From the NCBI GenBank assembly GCA_963779615.1, contig CAVZZA010000003.1:640001-704000 (forward strand): a stretch of DNA of 64,000 nucleotides. The letters are read 5' to 3'. A program made the position numbers and the translations under genes. This DNA is from an uncultured Nitrososphaeraceae archaeon (GTDB taxonomy: Archaea; Thermoproteota; Nitrososphaeria; Nitrososphaerales; Nitrososphaeraceae). Of this stretch, positions 22,036 to 33,602 are shown one piece after another (the first letter of the stretch is position 1; every line of letters starts with the position of its first letter). A model generated the notes under the pieces. It had not been told where the DNA came from and ran no database searches. It was given only the letters and a program-made list of their open reading frames with translations.

Positions 22036-22539
22036 TTGTTTAGGGAATTAGATGACAAATTAATAGTCAAAAGCAATAACAATCGTCTTGAATCCATTCG
22101 GGATGCCCATAATAATGAAAGAAGAGAAGGGAAAGAAGAGCACCGCATAGACACTACAGATGCAATGGAGGATTACCTTGAGGTAATCTATGAATTAATA
22201 CAAAAAAAAGGATATGCAACAACCGTGGACATAGCAAACTATCTTCATGTAAGTTCACCTAGTGTTACCAAAATGGTCAAAAGACTGGACAAAATGGGTT
22301 ACCTAGTTTATGAAAAATACCGAGGGCTTCAACTAACCTCAGATGGAATTTCCGTTGCCAAGAACATCCATAAAAGGCATGACCTTTTAGTAGAGTTTCT
22401 AAAAATGATTGGAATAGATGAAGACATTGCAAACAGGGATGCAGAAGGTATTGAGCACCATTTGCATTCTCAAACAATTGAGAAACTAGAGGAGTTTATA
22501 AGGAACGCAAAAAAAAGAAACGTCAGGAGCACTAGCTAA
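22036..22539 (+). CDS. DtxR/MntR-family metal-dependent transcriptional regulator
   Basis: MEDYLEVIYEL, DIANYLHVSSPSVTKMVKRL, RHDLLVEFL, DAEGIEHH. Confidence 0.93.
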   Translation: MFRELDDKLIVKSNNNRLESIRDAHNNERREGKEEHRIDTTDAMEDYLEVIYELIQKKGYATTVDIANYLHVSSPSVTKMVKRLDKMGYLVYEKYRGLQLTSDGISVAKNIHKRHDLLVEFLKMIGIDEDIANRDAEGIEHHLHSQTIEKLEEFIRNAKKRNVRSTS

Positions 22540-23046
22540 TGGTGCTTTATTTTCGCCACTCTTATTGATTATACGACAACAACACATCGCAGAACAGAAA
22601 CACATACTACCGTTACCATCCCCTCTTTTAACAAAATATCAATTTTTTAAAAACAGTGTAAGAAAATCCATCAAGCCTGCAATAAGATAAAATGCCATTT
22701 GACAGGACTTTGATGCACTAGTAAATTACCAAAGCATCAAGGTTTCCCTTTCTATGAATAATGGTTTACTCCTCAACCAACTATGGCAACCAATGCAATG
22801 CGCCTTAGGTAAAATACAGATAAGAAAATAAAACAATTAAACCCCCTCTGCCAGAATGTGTTACTCCCCCCCTCGGCCTCCGGCAATAGCGTCTTTTGAA
22901 AGACTGGCGATAATATGAGTCTCAGTTCCGTTCTGTTCAGCCAATGTCTTGACAAAAAACCATGTTTAAAAAGAACAAACATGGTAAAGTGCGGGGAATA
23001 TGGAGACCCGCCTTATAATTCAGAATACAATCTTTTAAAATCACAC

Positions 23047-23769
23047 TTATTGAACTTTTGCCTGGCTCTTCTTTTTTTGTACGTTATTCAATTCTTGACT
23101 ATAGGAACAGGTGACATCATCTACACAGGTATCTGAAAATGATAAAACAAAACTGTACTTTTTACCCCAATTTTTTTCATAGTGATAAGGGTTGTTGAAT
23201 GAAATTGGATAATCCAGAGTTGAATCCACATGTACCCATTTTCCACCGATTAGTGATTCATTCCAACAGTGATCAAGAAAATCATGGACAATTTTTGTTT
23301 CAATTGACAGTGAATTCAGTATTGCCCCAAATAACATAGACCATTCACTGCATCTGCCTATCCTATAATCTGCAATCTCCTCTATTACACCATATCTTGG
23401 AAATACCGTCATGGATTTGCAGGTAGGGCATGAATAATGTTCGATTGCCCTTAACATCCAAGAGGTTCCCTTGATGTATTTAAAACTCATGGGTTTTTTG
23501 CATGTTTCACAACTTATGCTTTTACCCATCCATTTCATATAATCATTTTTAAACCACTGCAAAAGTGGTTTTAGGTGAGGCATTTTACCCGTTTGGCTGT
23601 TGCTAGTCTGTAACTCTTTTATTATTTTTTCAGGGATACATTGCTTGACATAATTTAGAATTTCATCTTCTTTGTATTGCCTTGTCACCTGTTTATACAA
23701 AGTGAAAGCATCTTTTGTGAAAGGAAAAGAAAAAGAGGCGCTATTATCAAGTTTAGGCAAATAAAACAA
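23047..23769 (-). CDS. transglutaminase-like peptide:N-glycanase (Png1/NGLY1-like core)
   Basis: LLQWFK, CETC/CPTC zinc sites, FPRY, GRCSEW (Cys), DHCWNE (His), WVHVD (Asp), YEKNWGKKYSFV, DVT..Y. Confidence 0.85.
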   Translation of the reverse strand: MFYLPKLDNSASFSFPFTKDAFTLYKQVTRQYKEDEILNYVKQCIPEKIIKELQTSNSQTGKMPHLKPLLQWFKNDYMKWMGKSISCETCKKPMSFKYIKGTSWMLRAIEHYSCPTCKSMTVFPRYGVIEEIADYRIGRCSEWSMLFGAILNSLSIETKIVHDFLDHCWNESLIGGKWVHVDSTLDYPISFNNPYHYEKNWGKKYSFVLSFSDTCVDDVTCSYSQELNNVQKKKSQAKVQ

Positions 23770-23880
23770 CGATGTACATGGTTAATGAAGTAACAGAGAT
23801 AATAAATATCCAACAGAACAATCAAAATTATGAAATTCAGTAAAGAAATTCAGACAAATGCCAAAATGATGAAGGTGTAA

Positions 23881-24921
23881 TAGATCTCTTGCATAATCAG
23901 AGACAGTAATCTTTATTAGCATGGCAATGACCGATGTTGCCCATCTAAAAAGATGATGACAATGTCCTGTAGTTTGCCATCCCTGCTAACACATCAGACA
24001 CTTTGTCAAACTTTTTGAGACCGTTTCTGAAGACATTGCTCATTGTCCTGTACTTTTTCATCCTGCAAATGGTGTGCTCCATCACTATCCTTTTTCTGGA
24101 GTGGTTCTGGTTGTACCTTTTTCCTCTTGAGACAGGTCTTTTTGTTGTCTCTTTTTGTTTGGCAAGGACGATATTTGGTCAGGAAAGTCTTCCCAACCCC
24201 GATATCCAAGGTCAAACACGCTGACAACCTGCTTTGGAGTGGCGGGATGACTCTTTTTGCAGATGTCATAGTCATACCTTCTTCCTCTCTTATGGCTTGA
24301 TTTGTGAATGATGAGGCCCTGGTTGGTGACCATAAGTTGTCTTTACGGTTTGCCTTTTCTTCTTTCAGAATAGTACATTTTCTTCTTTTTTTGTTCTTAG
24401 GCCTTGGTATCTGCTGTTCTGTGCAGATTTGTGAAAGACAGAAAGCCGGGAAAGTAATTTTCAACCTCTTCTGGTGTGCGCAGCCTTGTTGACAATCTGT
24501 GCATCTTTTGCGGAATTGGCACACACTTTCTTACCAGCGGATCAATCTTCTGCTATTCCCTGCAAATGTTGCTGTGGTCCAAGTCAAACAAAAAGCCAGC
24601 CAACGTGCAGGTTATATAAAAACGGAATTAGACCAAAAGCATCAAAAACCTGTTCTTTACATCCAGTATGAAACGTCGCCCAGCATCTATGGATCGTTTC
24701 CTACTCTCCTTTCTATTGGGTAAACGGCCCAGATCTCATGCCTGCCGTGTCTTTTTGATACCCCCTTATCATGAATGTCATCAAACTCCTTTGCTGTCAG
24801 GCAGGTGAATGACGAAAAGCAATTTTTTTGGATAGCCTGTCATACGAGAGCAAAGAAAGGACACGAGATTGATAGAAAGATGACCATAAATCTGTTTAGT
24901 GGCATTTATGCACGAGATCTA
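23881..24921 (-). mobile_element. IS5-superfamily (ISL2-like, HTH_Tnp_4/DDE_Tnp_4) insertion sequence, degenerate
   Basis: 16-bp TIR TAGATCTCTTGCATAA / TTATGCACGAGATCTA; fragments MVTNQGLIIHK, VFDLGYRG; homologous to 44062..45122. Confidence 0.88.
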
Positions 24922-25008
24922 ATTTTCAAGAAATCCATCAATATAATCGTATGAGTTTAGAATAATACTATTGAAAAAAATAAAGAAACTAATAATTTTT
25001 TTCTAAAA

Positions 25009-26421
25009 TCAATCATGCGACATTATTTGACTTAATGTATCATTATAGCCTTGTTCCATTAGTGTATTTATCGTAACTGATGAAAAATCAGCAATTTTGC
25101 CCCATATGCTATCGGGATCATCGGATCGCTGTATCCTTGTAACTTTTGTAATCTTAAATCGGCCCTCAAGGAGGTCTTTGTACTGCCTTTGTCTTCCCGT
25201 CCTAGAATTACTTGATGCAGCCTCATTCAAGATTTCTTTAATTTCGTCTAAAGTAGCACCTTTTGCCTTGGCCAGTCCAATCAATTTTTGGGACAAATTC
25301 ACATAGTCTGTAACGATTTTTGCAACCTTCTCATCATAAGAGGTCTTGTTGCTGTATTGTATTGTATCCTGCAAATCCTTGATTCCGTTTCTATCGAAAG
25401 GCGGTGATTGGGATTTGTCAGATGGCCACAAGTCTACAATATAAATTTCAAGGTCCGGAACATGAGCTTTTTTCGCATCTTTCCAATAGTCCCGGTGGCT
25501 TTGTATCAATTCCCGCAGTGGTGTGTTACTCAATATTGCCCCATCCCAGAAATAATTTATATGGGTCTCTTTTCCCTCCCCGGGCTCATTGTTGCCATTG
25601 TTGATTGTTGTTTTGTTTTTTATACGACCATTTGATTTTTGTACTTGTATTGTTGTATAATCATAGAACTCGGGCACTGACGCACTTGCCATTACATAAT
25701 CAATCAGGACACCTGCATCGTATTCTATGATAAACTTCTGATCTCGTTTTTTTTCGTTGTAATTCTTATATTTTGATTCTCTCCTACCATCGGGTTTTTC
25801 ATAGCTATCAAATGTCACTGTTGCAGCATCTAACACATCAACACTGATAACAAGCAACCTTGGCTGTTTTTTATCTGAACTGGTGGCTATTGGAAAATCT
25901 GCGTATTTTCCAATGCTTTCCTTTAATGGATCGTATTTTGACCTATACCATTTGTTAAAGAAATTATCATAAAACCTGTCATCATCTATTGCAGTTGGCT
26001 TTGTAAATACATTGGTAGCACCGGTCATAAAAAAAGACTGTACTGAATAGTATCTTCTTGCAGCCTCTTCTGTGGCAGCAGTCGGATTATCCTTATTCAC
26101 ATACCAAGAAGACCATAAAGACTCATAATCAGGACTTGAGGAAAGTTGATCTGTCCAGAATTCCTCGAGTTTTTCTATTGATTTTTTCCAATCCCCGCCG
26201 TTTTTCAACACCTGACTGGTAAGGACTGCACCATTTATTGCACCTATAGAAGTGCCGGCTATAATATCAAATAATGGTTTACCATTGTAACCATGTTCAT
26301 TATCCTCTTCTGTCAGTTTTTCCCATAGCGCCTTGATGACTCCAACCTCGTATGCACCAAGTGCCCCTCCTCCCTGCAGGACAAGAGCTCTTTGTGTTTT
26401 TGGCACTTCTTTTGCAGCCAT
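25009..26421 (-). CDS. patatin-like phospholipase family protein
   Basis: LVLQGGGALGAY, AGTSIGA (GxSxG), WDGAILSNTP. Confidence 0.92.
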   Translation of the reverse strand: MAAKEVPKTQRALVLQGGGALGAYEVGVIKALWEKLTEEDNEHGYNGKPLFDIIAGTSIGAINGAVLTSQVLKNGGDWKKSIEKLEEFWTDQLSSSPDYESLWSSWYVNKDNPTAATEEAARRYYSVQSFFMTGATNVFTKPTAIDDDRFYDNFFNKWYRSKYDPLKESIGKYADFPIATSSDKKQPRLLVISVDVLDAATVTFDSYEKPDGRRESKYKNYNEKKRDQKFIIEYDAGVLIDYVMASASVPEFYDYTTIQVQKSNGRIKNKTTINNGNNEPGEGKETHINYFWDGAILSNTPLRELIQSHRDYWKDAKKAHVPDLEIYIVDLWPSDKSQSPPFDRNGIKDLQDTIQYSNKTSYDEKVAKIVTDYVNLSQKLIGLAKAKGATLDEIKEILNEAASSNSRTGRQRQYKDLLEGRFKITKVTRIQRSDDPDSIWGKIADFSSVTINTLMEQGYNDTLSQIMSHD

Positions 26422-26521
26422 GCTATTTTACTCTTAGGCCATTATTTTTTATTGTTTATTTTTATACGTTATTGATTGATATTCTAATTCAATTGGTCAT
26501 GCAAAGCCAAACCAATTGTCA

Positions 26522-26566
<45 letters not shown>

Positions 26567-27066
26567 GTAACAATATTATTTATTTTTAATAGTTTCACTT
26601 TATAAAATAATTGGGTTCTATATTTTTGAATCCAATCCCTATCCGACATATAGCCACTTTTGATGGTTGAATGCAAATGATTTTATTTGAAAGTTATCCC
26701 TGCTAAAGCATCACCCCCTCCACTGCTAAATTAAAGACGTAAAGTATGCGCCATATCTTAGGTTGGATCCGTTTCTTCCTGGAATACCACAAATAAGAAT
26801 CAATAAGGAAATCCACAGTTTTTTCCTTATCTTAGATCATCACATGCGACTTTAAAAAAAACTAAAATAAAATGAAATAAAAGAGCAATCAACCATACCC
26901 AAGCATTAAAATAGCAATATCATAACACATAAAAAAACCAAACCCACAATTATTCTTCCTGGCCTTGACTATCCCTATTGATTATCTAAAGTAAAGTTTA
27001 ATTGAAAAACTATTGGTTCGTTATTACCAAGCTGAAGTATATAAAAGGTATACACAGTCACAGCAG

Positions 27067-27528
27067 TCACCGCTCCAGTAAAACTGTGTCATTTGAAAAT
27101 TCTATTTTATAGTTTTTTAATACATCTATGCCTAAAACGCTGGGAATTTCCATCACTAACCTATATTCATCTTCATTCTCTATCAGGGGTTTGGCCACAT
27201 AAATTGCTTCAAAATATTCGGCAAAACAGCATCGACTATCAAAATAAAATGTAAGAATGACATCTTCCAATTTTAGTAAATCCATAGAGCCAATTGAGGT
27301 ATGGGTTTTTTCTATATCGAGATTATGGTTATTTATTAATCCAAAACTAGTTTCTTCTTTGATGGATAATAACTTTAGTTTTATCGCATCCCTTACACTC
27401 AATATAGTCAGTGTGGATCCCGTATCTACTACAAAATTGATTATCGTTTTATCTATATTCTTATTTTGGACAAGAGCTCCTATGTAATATAAACTGCTGT
27501 ATTTTTCTTTGGATCCCTTAAAACGCAA
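27067..27528 (-). CDS. retropepsin-like (clan AA) aspartic protease
   Basis: FVVDTGSTLTIL catalytic motif and SVLGIDVL C-terminal motif. Confidence 0.82.
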   Translation of the reverse strand: MRFKGSKEKYSSLYYIGALVQNKNIDKTIINFVVDTGSTLTILSVRDAIKLKLLSIKEETSFGLINNHNLDIEKTHTSIGSMDLLKLEDVILTFYFDSRCCFAEYFEAIYVAKPLIENEDEYRLVMEIPSVLGIDVLKNYKIEFSNDTVLLER

Positions 27529-27839
27529 TTTATAATGTACAATTAGTATAATTTTCCAGATATTAATTTTATTAAAACAAATGGCGTATCTTTATTATTT
27601 CAAAAGTTCATCAACTAGTTTGTCAACTACTCGCTTGAGTCAATTTTGTTACAGCAAACATAAAAGTTTTTTTATATTGGTGGATTTGTTTCAACACATT
27701 ATAAACAGTATCAAAGTCCATATTAACACATATGAAAAATTCATTTCGGAGATCGGAAAACGAAAATGAAACCCTATAATACCATAGTAGGCCAAAATAT
27801 TATTATAATTATTTTGTTACTGCTTATTTATGATAATGG

Positions 27840-29276
27840 ATGAAATTGTATGTCATTTATGGAGTAATAATGATAAATTATAACAAAAAGTCAGTAATAA
27901 TCTCATTCACTCTTATCATCTCCTATACTTTATGTTGTTGCGCATCCACTACTTTAAAGGAAACAACAGCATTACCCAATACTACAGCACTAGAGAAGAT
28001 AAAGGCAAATCCAACACAAAATAACGCCCATTATCAAAATTTATTGGCATTGTATAATGCAAGTCTTATAGATGGCAATAATGACAAGATAAGGCCAGAC
28101 ACAACAGTAATTATTAACGAAAGCAGGATTGTCGACATTATTGATGAAAACGACACAAACATTATTGCCAAATACCGTTTCCATAAAAACGATATAAACG
28201 CCACTTTAATAGATCTTTCAGGTAAATTCATAGTCCCAGGCTTATTTGACACTCATGCTCATGTAGCGGGAGTGCTTAAAAATTCCTTCAATCATACATC
28301 TTCTGAAGAAATGCTCAGGAAGCTTTTAGCCTACGGCGTTACAACAATTAGGAATCCTGGCGGGCCAACTGAGCAATCTGTGGATTTAAAAGAAAAAGCA
28401 TCATCTGGAAAAATCGTTGGACCACAAGTATTTACCGCTGGAAGACTGTTGAACTCTCCATTTGTCCCAATACCTTTTGTAGAAAAGAAAGTCAATTCAA
28501 TAAAAGATCTTGGAGAGGAGATAGACAATCAAGCAAAAGCAGGGGTCGACTTTGTCAAGATATATGTTGGCATTACACCGGACTTGGTAGAGGAGGCAAT
28601 AAATAAAGCCCATTCTCACGGAATTAAAGTAATTGGACACCTCTACTTGACAAGTTGGACTGATGCGGCCAATATGGGAATTGATTACTTAACTCATGGT
28701 GTTCCCGTCAATCCTCATCTACTGTCAAATAGTAACAGGGAAATTTTTGAGAGAAATGGGGGTGGGGGCCCTTTCGATCATTTTCTTTGGCTAAAACTAG
28801 TAGATATTGACAGCATAGAAATAGATGAAATGATAGATGCGCTTGTAAAAAACAATGTCTATGTAGATCCCACCTTAAGCATATACGAGGCCATGGTAAG
28901 GGATAATCCCAAAGATCAAAATGTTTGGCCAAAGATACTACAATTGACAAAAAAAATGCATGATGCTGGCGTAAAGATTACGTCCGGAACAGATATACCA
29001 AACTTTGGTCTTGCCGCTGGAAAAAGCCTTCACCGTGAACTTGAATTGCTTGAAGACTCGGGCATTTCAGCATCGGAGGTAATCCGAATTGCCACAAGAA
29101 ACGGTGCAGAGTCGCTTGGAATATTAAACAATACAGGCACAATTGAAAAAGGAAAGCAGGCAGACATGATAGTTCTACCATCAAACCCCCTAGAGGACAT
29201 CAGCAATACCAAAAACATTGAGATGGTGATTAGCAATGGTAAAATTGTTGACAGAAATAAGGCATTATCAAATTAA
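27840..29276 (+). CDS. amidohydrolase family protein with N-terminal signal/TM segment
   Basis: IDLSGKFIVPGLFDTHAH, GVTTIRNPG, DFVKIY, SGTDIP, ATRNGAESLG, GTIEKGKQADM. Confidence 0.9.
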   Translation: MKLYVIYGVIMINYNKKSVIISFTLIISYTLCCCASTTLKETTALPNTTALEKIKANPTQNNAHYQNLLALYNASLIDGNNDKIRPDTTVIINESRIVDIIDENDTNIIAKYRFHKNDINATLIDLSGKFIVPGLFDTHAHVAGVLKNSFNHTSSEEMLRKLLAYGVTTIRNPGGPTEQSVDLKEKASSGKIVGPQVFTAGRLLNSPFVPIPFVEKKVNSIKDLGEEIDNQAKAGVDFVKIYVGITPDLVEEAINKAHSHGIKVIGHLYLTSWTDAANMGIDYLTHGVPVNPHLLSNSNREIFERNGGGGPFDHFLWLKLVDIDSIEIDEMIDALVKNNVYVDPTLSIYEAMVRDNPKDQNVWPKILQLTKKMHDAGVKITSGTDIPNFGLAAGKSLHRELELLEDSGISASEVIRIATRNGAESLGILNNTGTIEKGKQADMIVLPSNPLEDISNTKNIEMVISNGKIVDRNKALSN

Positions 29277-29409
29277 CACATATTTTTATTATATTATCAC
29301 CTCATAAAGGAACAAAATAGAGAAAAACAATTGTGCATTATATGTCATAAGATCCTCTAAATAGTCACCTATAGTCACAAACAATACCTTAAGTTGAGAT
29401 CACCAGGTT

Positions 29410-29902
29410 TTAATAGTTATAGCTATTCGCTTTAAATGGAGTTTTAACAGTCAATTTATAAATTGATGTCCTGCAAAAGAATATACAATCTATAAGAAAC
29501 CTCTTTTGTTCCATTTTAATTAAGAGTTGAAAAAGTTTTTGCTCATCCACTACAAAATCTGAAAAATAAACAGGCCGTGGCGTTGGAAGGGATGACTGGC
29601 CAACAAAATAAGTTGTTTGCAATTATTTTTTGCAATCGCCATCTCCATTCCAGTCCCATAGGTAGGACTAACTGCTATAACAACTAAAACATCAGCCATG
29701 CTTACATGTTTTAAATCATGCTCTACAACATCTTTAGAAAGTTCCGGTTTATCCCTAAAGTCATTTATGTGGGAATTATCCATGTTTTTTTCCAAAAGGT
29801 GATTCATAGTGTCAAATCCGTTTCTCTTTTAGCACATGCATATAGTTTTTTTATTTTTTCAATTCCTCCATAGCCAATAGAACCGCAAATCATTATTTTC
29901 AA
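29410..29902 (-). pseudogene. nucleoside 2-deoxyribosyltransferase-like gene with frameshifts
   Basis: KIMICGSIGYGG / VEHDLKHVSMADVLVV..SPTYGTGMEMAIA / PTPRPVYFSD lie in different frames; 3' boundary approximate. Confidence 0.7.
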
Positions 29903-30391
29903 TAAGAAAACTCCTTTTTGTATTTTGCAATATTTAAGAAATGTTTTTCTGCATCCATAAATCTATAATGAAATGCAGTTGACAAACACATGGCAAAATA
30001 GACACATCTTGCCAATAGTTTTTCTATTTATAAAACAATACCAAAACCAAAACCAAAAATATAATTCTATATTCAATATAAAATTTTTATTGAATAATAT
30101 ATCTATAATTATTTACGTTCATTCACAGTGCGCTCATCAATTATAAAGAAAACGTAGGTATTAGATTATAGGTGTAAACATCTGCCAAGTCAATCAGCAC
30201 CAGCACCACCACAATTTATCTAAAGGGTTCGGCAAATGTTATGGTCAAACACTAATTTGTTATTAAATAAATCAATTTGATATGTTATTGGGTAACATCC
30301 AAGAAAAACTACTAATCCTCTGTAATGAAATCAAGAACTATGGTAAAGGCTTGCAAATTGAGACTTTTTTTATTTCTTTAACAAACAGATA

Positions 30392-30844
30392 TTAATGGAT
30401 GTCCTCCTCATCCTCTTCCCCTATTATTTCATTAACATATTTAGAACTGATATCACCATCATCGAACACTTGGCCTACTTTCAAATAATTTGAATCATTA
30501 CCATTTAATTGCTGCGTCAGCTGCTGCTGTAATCTGGCCATAATATCCATACGGATGGGTGAAATAGTCGGCAACAGTTGGGTTACGGATAATGGAATAT
30601 CATCGTTCTCAGAGTCCTCACTATAATATAGACTCAGGCTAAAGGATCTAGAGCCAATGTTTCCTAATTCAATTATTTTTGGTTCTGCTTTTACCTTATT
30701 ATTTTCCTCATCTTTTATAATAGATATTATAGCGTCATATTTTGATTCGATGTTTGCTGCTAATTTTTGCTTTTCAGCTTCTGAAAAATTTGCGTTTAAT
30801 TGTGATAGAGTATCAACAAATGATTGTTCTAATCTTATGAGCAT
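30392..30844 (-). CDS. hypothetical acidic protein
   Basis: 150-aa ATG ORF with tttata TATA-like box upstream. Confidence 0.7.
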   Translation of the reverse strand: MLIRLEQSFVDTLSQLNANFSEAEKQKLAANIESKYDAIISIIKDEENNKVKAEPKIIELGNIGSRSFSLSLYYSEDSENDDIPLSVTQLLPTISPIRMDIMARLQQQLTQQLNGNDSNYLKVGQVFDDGDISSKYVNEIIGEEDEEDIH

Positions 30845-31389
30845 AACTTTAGATATATGGTATTATGAAAAAATATAAATGCTTAAGAATAGGAATCTTA
30901 TTTTCTACTCACAATTACATAAAGAAAAATAAAAATGTTGATCAATCCCCATATTTATTTTTCTTAATCATTACAAATTATTGATCCCACAATACAATAT
31001 AATTTTAAAAAATAGCAAGTTCTAGCTAAAACAATTTTGCCGATAATAATTGGAGTTATAATCCAGGTACTAAAAGAATGTGTTTACATCTGTTCCCATT
31101 TACAATGATCTCCAAGATTTATTTCTTCTTTCTATTTATCAATTATCCACCTTTTTTCCTCTAGTCATTCTTTTAATTGTTTAAATGGTTCGATCGTTTT
31201 AAAATGCAGTTAATGAATTTCTTTAATCTGTAGGTTTATTTACTATTTTAATTCATCAATCTAATCATCATTTATCATGTCCCTATTTTTTATATTACAA
31301 TTAATTTTTTATGTTAACTAATATCTCCATAACTTTAAGTTGCAATACTGAGAACACCCATGCGACTTTTTTTCATTTACTTATTTCAT

Positions 31390-32145
31390 TCATTTTATGT
31401 TTATGAGGTATTTTACATGGGTCAATCGTTTGTCTACAGGTATTCCGTTGGAAAATTGAATAGCACTTTCCTTAAATACTATTTCATGTTCCACTCCTGC
31501 ACCTAAAGGCTGGATAAAGAGGTAACAACCGGCCACCATTCCAGGATAAGTCCCTGCTTTATAATGATAATAGCTATCCTCAACGTAGGTTAAAGTGGTT
31601 TTAAAAGGATTTACGAAACACTTTTCGCGGTCGGATGGGTTTTTATGGGTATTAATCACTTCAACGCCATCAACACTTGCAGAAAAGCTTGCTTGGGGGA
31701 GCACCCATACAGCACAATCTAAAAGTGCCTTTTCAGTTTTGTAACCTTCAATTTCACTACAGCCACTTCCAACAATTTGAACCATCAAAGACTTGCCCTG
31801 ATGGACAGTACACTTTCTAATTTCCGGTTCAGTTATATCGGCCCGATCTTTTCCATCTGGCAGAAACCAAACAGGACCGCCATCCTGGTTCCAAGAACAC
31901 TTTTCAGGAGAATAACTATCCCTGGGGTGGGATAAGCTAGGATTATTCTTAATATCTTTGATACCCAAATGATAGTCCCACCAATCATTAGCCCATTTGG
32001 CGAATGTTTTGTTGTAGGGATTATCGGAAGGTGTAAAAATCAATTTATTATTTTGTCCAAACGCGGTAATTGAACTGCTATCACTCAATGTGTAAGAGAC
32101 AAGAAAAAGTGTAACTACATTAAGAATAACAAAGTAATTCACCAT
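31390..32145 (-). CDS. secreted 4-Cys protein, paralog A (paralog of 56916..57614)
   Basis: Signal peptide; WANDWW, CSWNQDGGPVWFL, RKCTV..GCS, LLDCA, SASVDG motifs. Confidence 0.85.
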   Translation of the reverse strand: MVNYFVILNVVTLFLVSYTLSDSSSITAFGQNNKLIFTPSDNPYNKTFAKWANDWWDYHLGIKDIKNNPSLSHPRDSYSPEKCSWNQDGGPVWFLPDGKDRADITEPEIRKCTVHQGKSLMVQIVGSGCSEIEGYKTEKALLDCAVWVLPQASFSASVDGVEVINTHKNPSDREKCFVNPFKTTLTYVEDSYYHYKAGTYPGMVAGCYLFIQPLGAGVEHEIVFKESAIQFSNGIPVDKRLTHVKYLINIK

Positions 32146-32197
32146 ATCATTTAACCGAAACCTCCAGCTTTTATATTATTATAAACATAAAAATGTA

Positions 32198-33553
32198 TTG
32201 ATAGGAAAGGTTATTTCTAAACCATATTTTGTAGTTATAGCTGGAATTATAATTGTATCTTTGTCCTTTGTTGACAATATTGTCGGTATTTCCTTCTTAT
32301 CTTCTTACGACATACGTTCCTCATCGGCGGTTCTTGGATTTTTAACCCTTATTTTTCTCATCAATACCATAGGGCAAATTATTCTTGTTTCACACGTTAT
32401 TAGAGAAGGTTTTTTAATACCTGCGTTAAAACTTAGAAAGAAATTTCGGATACTTTCGAATGCTGCAATAATTGTTTCACTTGGTATCAACTTTTTAGTT
32501 TTTTCGTCTCTACTAATATCCTCATTCCAGAGTAATAGTTACAATCTATCACAATTTGTTTTTTTGGTATTTTATAACCTTATAGCATCCGTAATAATAA
32601 TGGGCATTCTTGCTTACAAGTTTCTAACCTGGCTGGTTGGAAATAAAAACTTGGTGGTGTTTTTGTACATGTTTGCTTGTTTGATTTTTTTATTGGTAAT
32701 CATATCTCTGGTAAATTGGTTATCAATACAATTGGAAGGGAAACCCGAAATTGTTTCCCCAGAACCCAACCCATGGGATAACAGTAGTTCAAGGATAAAC
32801 GTATATTTTGACATATATAGGATTAGCTCTCTAATAATGTTTGGTTTTTTCTGGATGGCAACAGCCATGTTGTTAAAAAGCTATATTTCAAACCATGCAA
32901 AGCAAATTAGCAGGAAAAAGTATTGGATTCTCACTGTTTCACCACTAATCTACTACATTATTTCCTCAGATTTTGTCCTTAATCAATTTAATTCGATTAT
33001 TTTTCAATATCCTTTCATGAGTAATTTCATAATATATGCATTTGGTGCCGCAAAACAGGTGGGGGGCATATTCTTCGCTGTTATTTTTCTGCTCATATCA
33101 AAAGGATTGCCTAATGGCAACCTAAAAAACGCTCTTATATTATCTTCAATTGGAATCATGATGCTATTCAGTAGCATTCAGATATCCATTCTAAGCATTA
33201 TACCATATCCCCTATTTGGATTAAACACACTCTTGATTATGCCGTTATCCTCATATCTTTTGTTGATTGGCCTATACTATTCAGCACAATCAGTTGCTTT
33301 TGACAAACAATTTTTAAAATTATTGAAACGAAACATTAAAGACAAATCATCCATGTTCCTTGAAAGCATAGGAAGTGCCCAATGGAAAAAGAACATGGAA
33401 AATGTTGTTGAAGGTGTAATGAAGTCCGACGAATTGACTGAAAATAAAAGTTATTCGGAACTTTCTGCTGAGGACATAAACAAGCAAATTCAAGAAATCA
33501 TGAAAGAAATGAAAGAGTCCAAGGAACGCCAACAAAACAAAGAAAAAAAATAG
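32198..33553 (+). CDS. polytopic membrane protein of unknown function, paralog 1
   Basis: Roughly 10-12 hydrophobic segments; PYPLFGL..LLLIGLYYSA..D and LESIGSAQ motifs; charged helical C-tail. Confidence 0.85.
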   Translation: MIGKVISKPYFVVIAGIIIVSLSFVDNIVGISFLSSYDIRSSSAVLGFLTLIFLINTIGQIILVSHVIREGFLIPALKLRKKFRILSNAAIIVSLGINFLVFSSLLISSFQSNSYNLSQFVFLVFYNLIASVIIMGILAYKFLTWLVGNKNLVVFLYMFACLIFLLVIISLVNWLSIQLEGKPEIVSPEPNPWDNSSSRINVYFDIYRISSLIMFGFFWMATAMLLKSYISNHAKQISRKKYWILTVSPLIYYIISSDFVLNQFNSIIFQYPFMSNFIIYAFGAAKQVGGIFFAVIFLLISKGLPNGNLKNALILSSIGIMMLFSSIQISILSIIPYPLFGLNTLLIMPLSSYLLLIGLYYSAQSVAFDKQFLKLLKRNIKDKSSMFLESIGSAQWKKNMENVVEGVMKSDELTENKSYSELSAEDINKQIQEIMKEMKESKERQQNKEKK

Positions 33554-33602
33554 AATCTGTTGGAAAGGGTAGTCACCCTTCTGATCCGATTTATTTTAGG
33601 GG

